Origin: a virus
Lineage: Duplodnaviria > Caudoviricetes
Length of the DNA stretch: 25,537 nt
IMG/VR virus record: IMGVR_UViG_3300025528_000036
Coordinates: 1 to 25,537 of that record
Reading direction: 5' to 3' (one strand)
This document shows positions 23,664 through 25,537 of the stretch, in pieces (the first letter of the stretch is position 1; each line of letters starts with the position of its first letter). Position numbers and translations under genes: made by a program. The notes under the pieces were generated by a model, which ran no database searches, was not told where the DNA came from, and saw nothing but the letters and a program-made list of their open reading frames with translations.

Positions 23664-25325
23664 TTAGAAAGGCTCGTCCTCGTCGTCCTCTTCGATCCAC
23701 ATATCGTCGTCCTCATCGAAACCGAGGGAGTTGAGGTCGATTTCCCGCATTCGTCCGGTCTTCTCGTCAAAGAGAATATGACACGCTATGCCTGTGTCCC
23801 CGGTGAAGCGGCACTTGAGAACGCGAAGAGTTGTGATGTTCTTGGTCTTCTCATCCTGCTGATTTCTCTCGGCCCCTATGACGGTATCCGAGAGTTGAGC
23901 GATGGAATGAGAGCCCCGGAGCTGAGACAGGGATGTCTCAAGGCCCTGCTCATGGCCCTTGTCTCCCTGTGGTCGGCGCAAGTGAGATACAATGATCAGC
24001 CCTACACCCGTCTGCTCAACGAATGTGCGTAGCCGGGTCATGAGCATGTCAATGGTCTTGCGCTCATCTCCGTCATCAATCCCAGACACAACGATGGAAA
24101 TGTGGTCTAGGATGATCCATCCGCATTCGCAGGCTTGAGCGAGGTATTGTAGACGGGACATAAGGTTGTCCACATCAGTCGAACCGAAGTGGTCATATAG
24201 AAAGAGCTTCCCCGCGAACAGGTCAAAGGCTTCCTTGCGCCGCTGTTGCTCCTCGGGAGGTAGCTCGGACCACTTTCGGAGGTCTAGGTGGATACGCTCG
24301 TTCAGGGCGAGACCCATCAGCCCGAGCATTGTACGCCGGGTGTTCTCTTCCAGCATGAGCATGCCCACTTTCTCCCCCTTGTTCATGAGGTCGAAGGCGA
24401 TCTCACGAACGAGGGCCGACTTGCCGATGCCGGAGCCTGCGGTGAACGTTACCATCTCACCACGGCGTATCCCCATGGTCTTCTTGTTGAGGCCGGGCCA
24501 CGGTGTGTCAATGCACTGAGTGACAGTGGAGTCATCGGTGATGGCATCCCACAAGTCCTCAGCCGACACGATACCGTCAGGCCGGTATTCCTTGGCATCC
24601 CAGATTGCGGAGATGACCTTCTCCCCAGCGCCAGCCATGTGCGCCTCGCTGGCGTCCTTGTACTCCGCCATGCGAGCGACCTTGCATCGTCCGGGAGGGA
24701 AGAGGGGAGCGCACTCAGCTACAGCTTTGTGCCCCTCCGAGTCATTGTCGAAGAACAGGACGATCTCCTCGAATCCGAGGAGCCAATCGAGATGCTTCTG
24801 AAGAGCTTTCTTGGCACCTTGCGCTCCATTGGGGATGGAGACAACGGGCCATTTGTTGTCCTGAAGGTGGGAGACAGTGAGGGCATCTATCTCGCCCTCG
24901 GTAATGACGATCTTCCGTCCCTTGTCCCGCCAAAGATGCTGACCATATAGGCCAGCCTCCTTCATTTTTCCTAGGATGGTGAATGACTTGTCTGGAAACC
25001 GGAGTTTCTGAGCAACGATCTTCGTCCCGTCAGGCGTGAAGTAGTTGGCGATTTGAACCTTACTTCCACGATAATCGCCGGTCTCGTACCGGAATTTTCG
25101 ACAAGTCTCCTCACTGATCCTCCGTTTGGCGAGCGGCTGCACTACGCCGTGGATAAGGTCAGACACTCTACTTGCCCTTAACGTAGGAACCTCCTCTCCG
25201 TCAGGGTGACCATACGCACCGCAGGAAAAGCAGTACGTATGGCCATCAGAGTAGAGCGAGTTGGCATCGCTCGATCCGCACTTTGGGCACGGAAGATGTT
25301 CGATGAACTCGCTCCCGTCACTCAT
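23664..25325 (-). CDS. DNA primase/helicase (gp4)
   Basis: Zn ribbon CPKC..CFSC, TOPRIM ITEGEIDA and FDND, Walker A GSGIGKS, ILDHIS, LRGS, acidic tail ending DEPF. Confidence 0.97.
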   Translation of the reverse strand: MSDGSEFIEHLPCPKCGSSDANSLYSDGHTYCFSCGAYGHPDGEEVPTLRASRVSDLIHGVVQPLAKRRISEETCRKFRYETGDYRGSKVQIANYFTPDGTKIVAQKLRFPDKSFTILGKMKEAGLYGQHLWRDKGRKIVITEGEIDALTVSHLQDNKWPVVSIPNGAQGAKKALQKHLDWLLGFEEIVLFFDNDSEGHKAVAECAPLFPPGRCKVARMAEYKDASEAHMAGAGEKVISAIWDAKEYRPDGIVSAEDLWDAITDDSTVTQCIDTPWPGLNKKTMGIRRGEMVTFTAGSGIGKSALVREIAFDLMNKGEKVGMLMLEENTRRTMLGLMGLALNERIHLDLRKWSELPPEEQQRRKEAFDLFAGKLFLYDHFGSTDVDNLMSRLQYLAQACECGWIILDHISIVVSGIDDGDERKTIDMLMTRLRTFVEQTGVGLIIVSHLRRPQGDKGHEQGLETSLSQLRGSHSIAQLSDTVIGAERNQQDEKTKNITTLRVLKCRFTGDTGIACHILFDEKTGRMREIDLNSLGFDEDDDMWIEEDDEDEPF

Positions 25326-25537
25326 ACTGGCTCTACCGGAATGAGTGTGGTGCGGGCGCGGAACTCCCCGGCCACCTGAAGGATCATGACAGTGTCGTGC
25401 GTGGACTTTGCTGTGATATACGCCAGTTGACCTTCAGCATCGTCGTAGGTGTCGAACCCCTCATGGGGTCCGATCACCTCGATACCAGCCTTGTCGTTGG
25501 TGATAGTCAGGCGGCCAAGAATGAATCGGCCTAACCG
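25322..25537 (-). CDS. Hypothetical protein, C-terminal part (5' end outside the window)
   Basis: Open frame RLGRFILGRL...TTLIPVEPV ending in TGA, overlapping the primase ATG (ATGA). Confidence 0.6.
   Translation of the reverse strand, partial: RLGRFILGRLTITNDKAGIEVIGPHEGFDTYDDAEGQLAYITAKSTHDTVMILQVAGEFRARTTLIPVEPV

Noticed and set aside
23656-23700. N-terminal extension of the polymerase ORF
   Set aside because: Overlaps the helicase tail. The ATG at 23655 has an AAGGAG RBS and directly precedes the ExoI motif.

Overview
This window is a 25.5-kb, GC-rich piece of a T7-like podovirus genome (Autographiviridae-type, phage or prophage), with all credible genes on the minus strand. From right to left it carries primase-helicase, family A DNA polymerase, a gp5.7-like gene, ThyX, glutaredoxin, several micro-ORFs, gp6 exonuclease, a Zn-finger/DUF3310-like protein, a MazG-like NTP pyrophosphatase and a class II (B12) ribonucleotide reductase. 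These are followed by the virion module: gp6.5-like, gp6.7/7.3-like, portal, a 54-aa protein, scaffold, a small membrane protein, major capsid, tail tubes A/B, internal virion proteins gp13-gp16, tail fibre and a truncated fibre chaperone. The main unexplained signal is a 17-bp palindrome (RGTRTAGT-S-ACTAYACY) found ten times across the window. It occurs intergenically next to terminators, over the RNR start codon, and inside genes in all three reading frames, which suggests a genome-wide operator or 'stoperator'-like protein-binding system. Other points are a hairpin-tiled capsid leader, unannotated 26-27 aa ORFs, and in-frame TAACCYATG junctions linking portal, the 54-aa ORF and scaffold. 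Calls come from motif recognition by eye; no searches were run.
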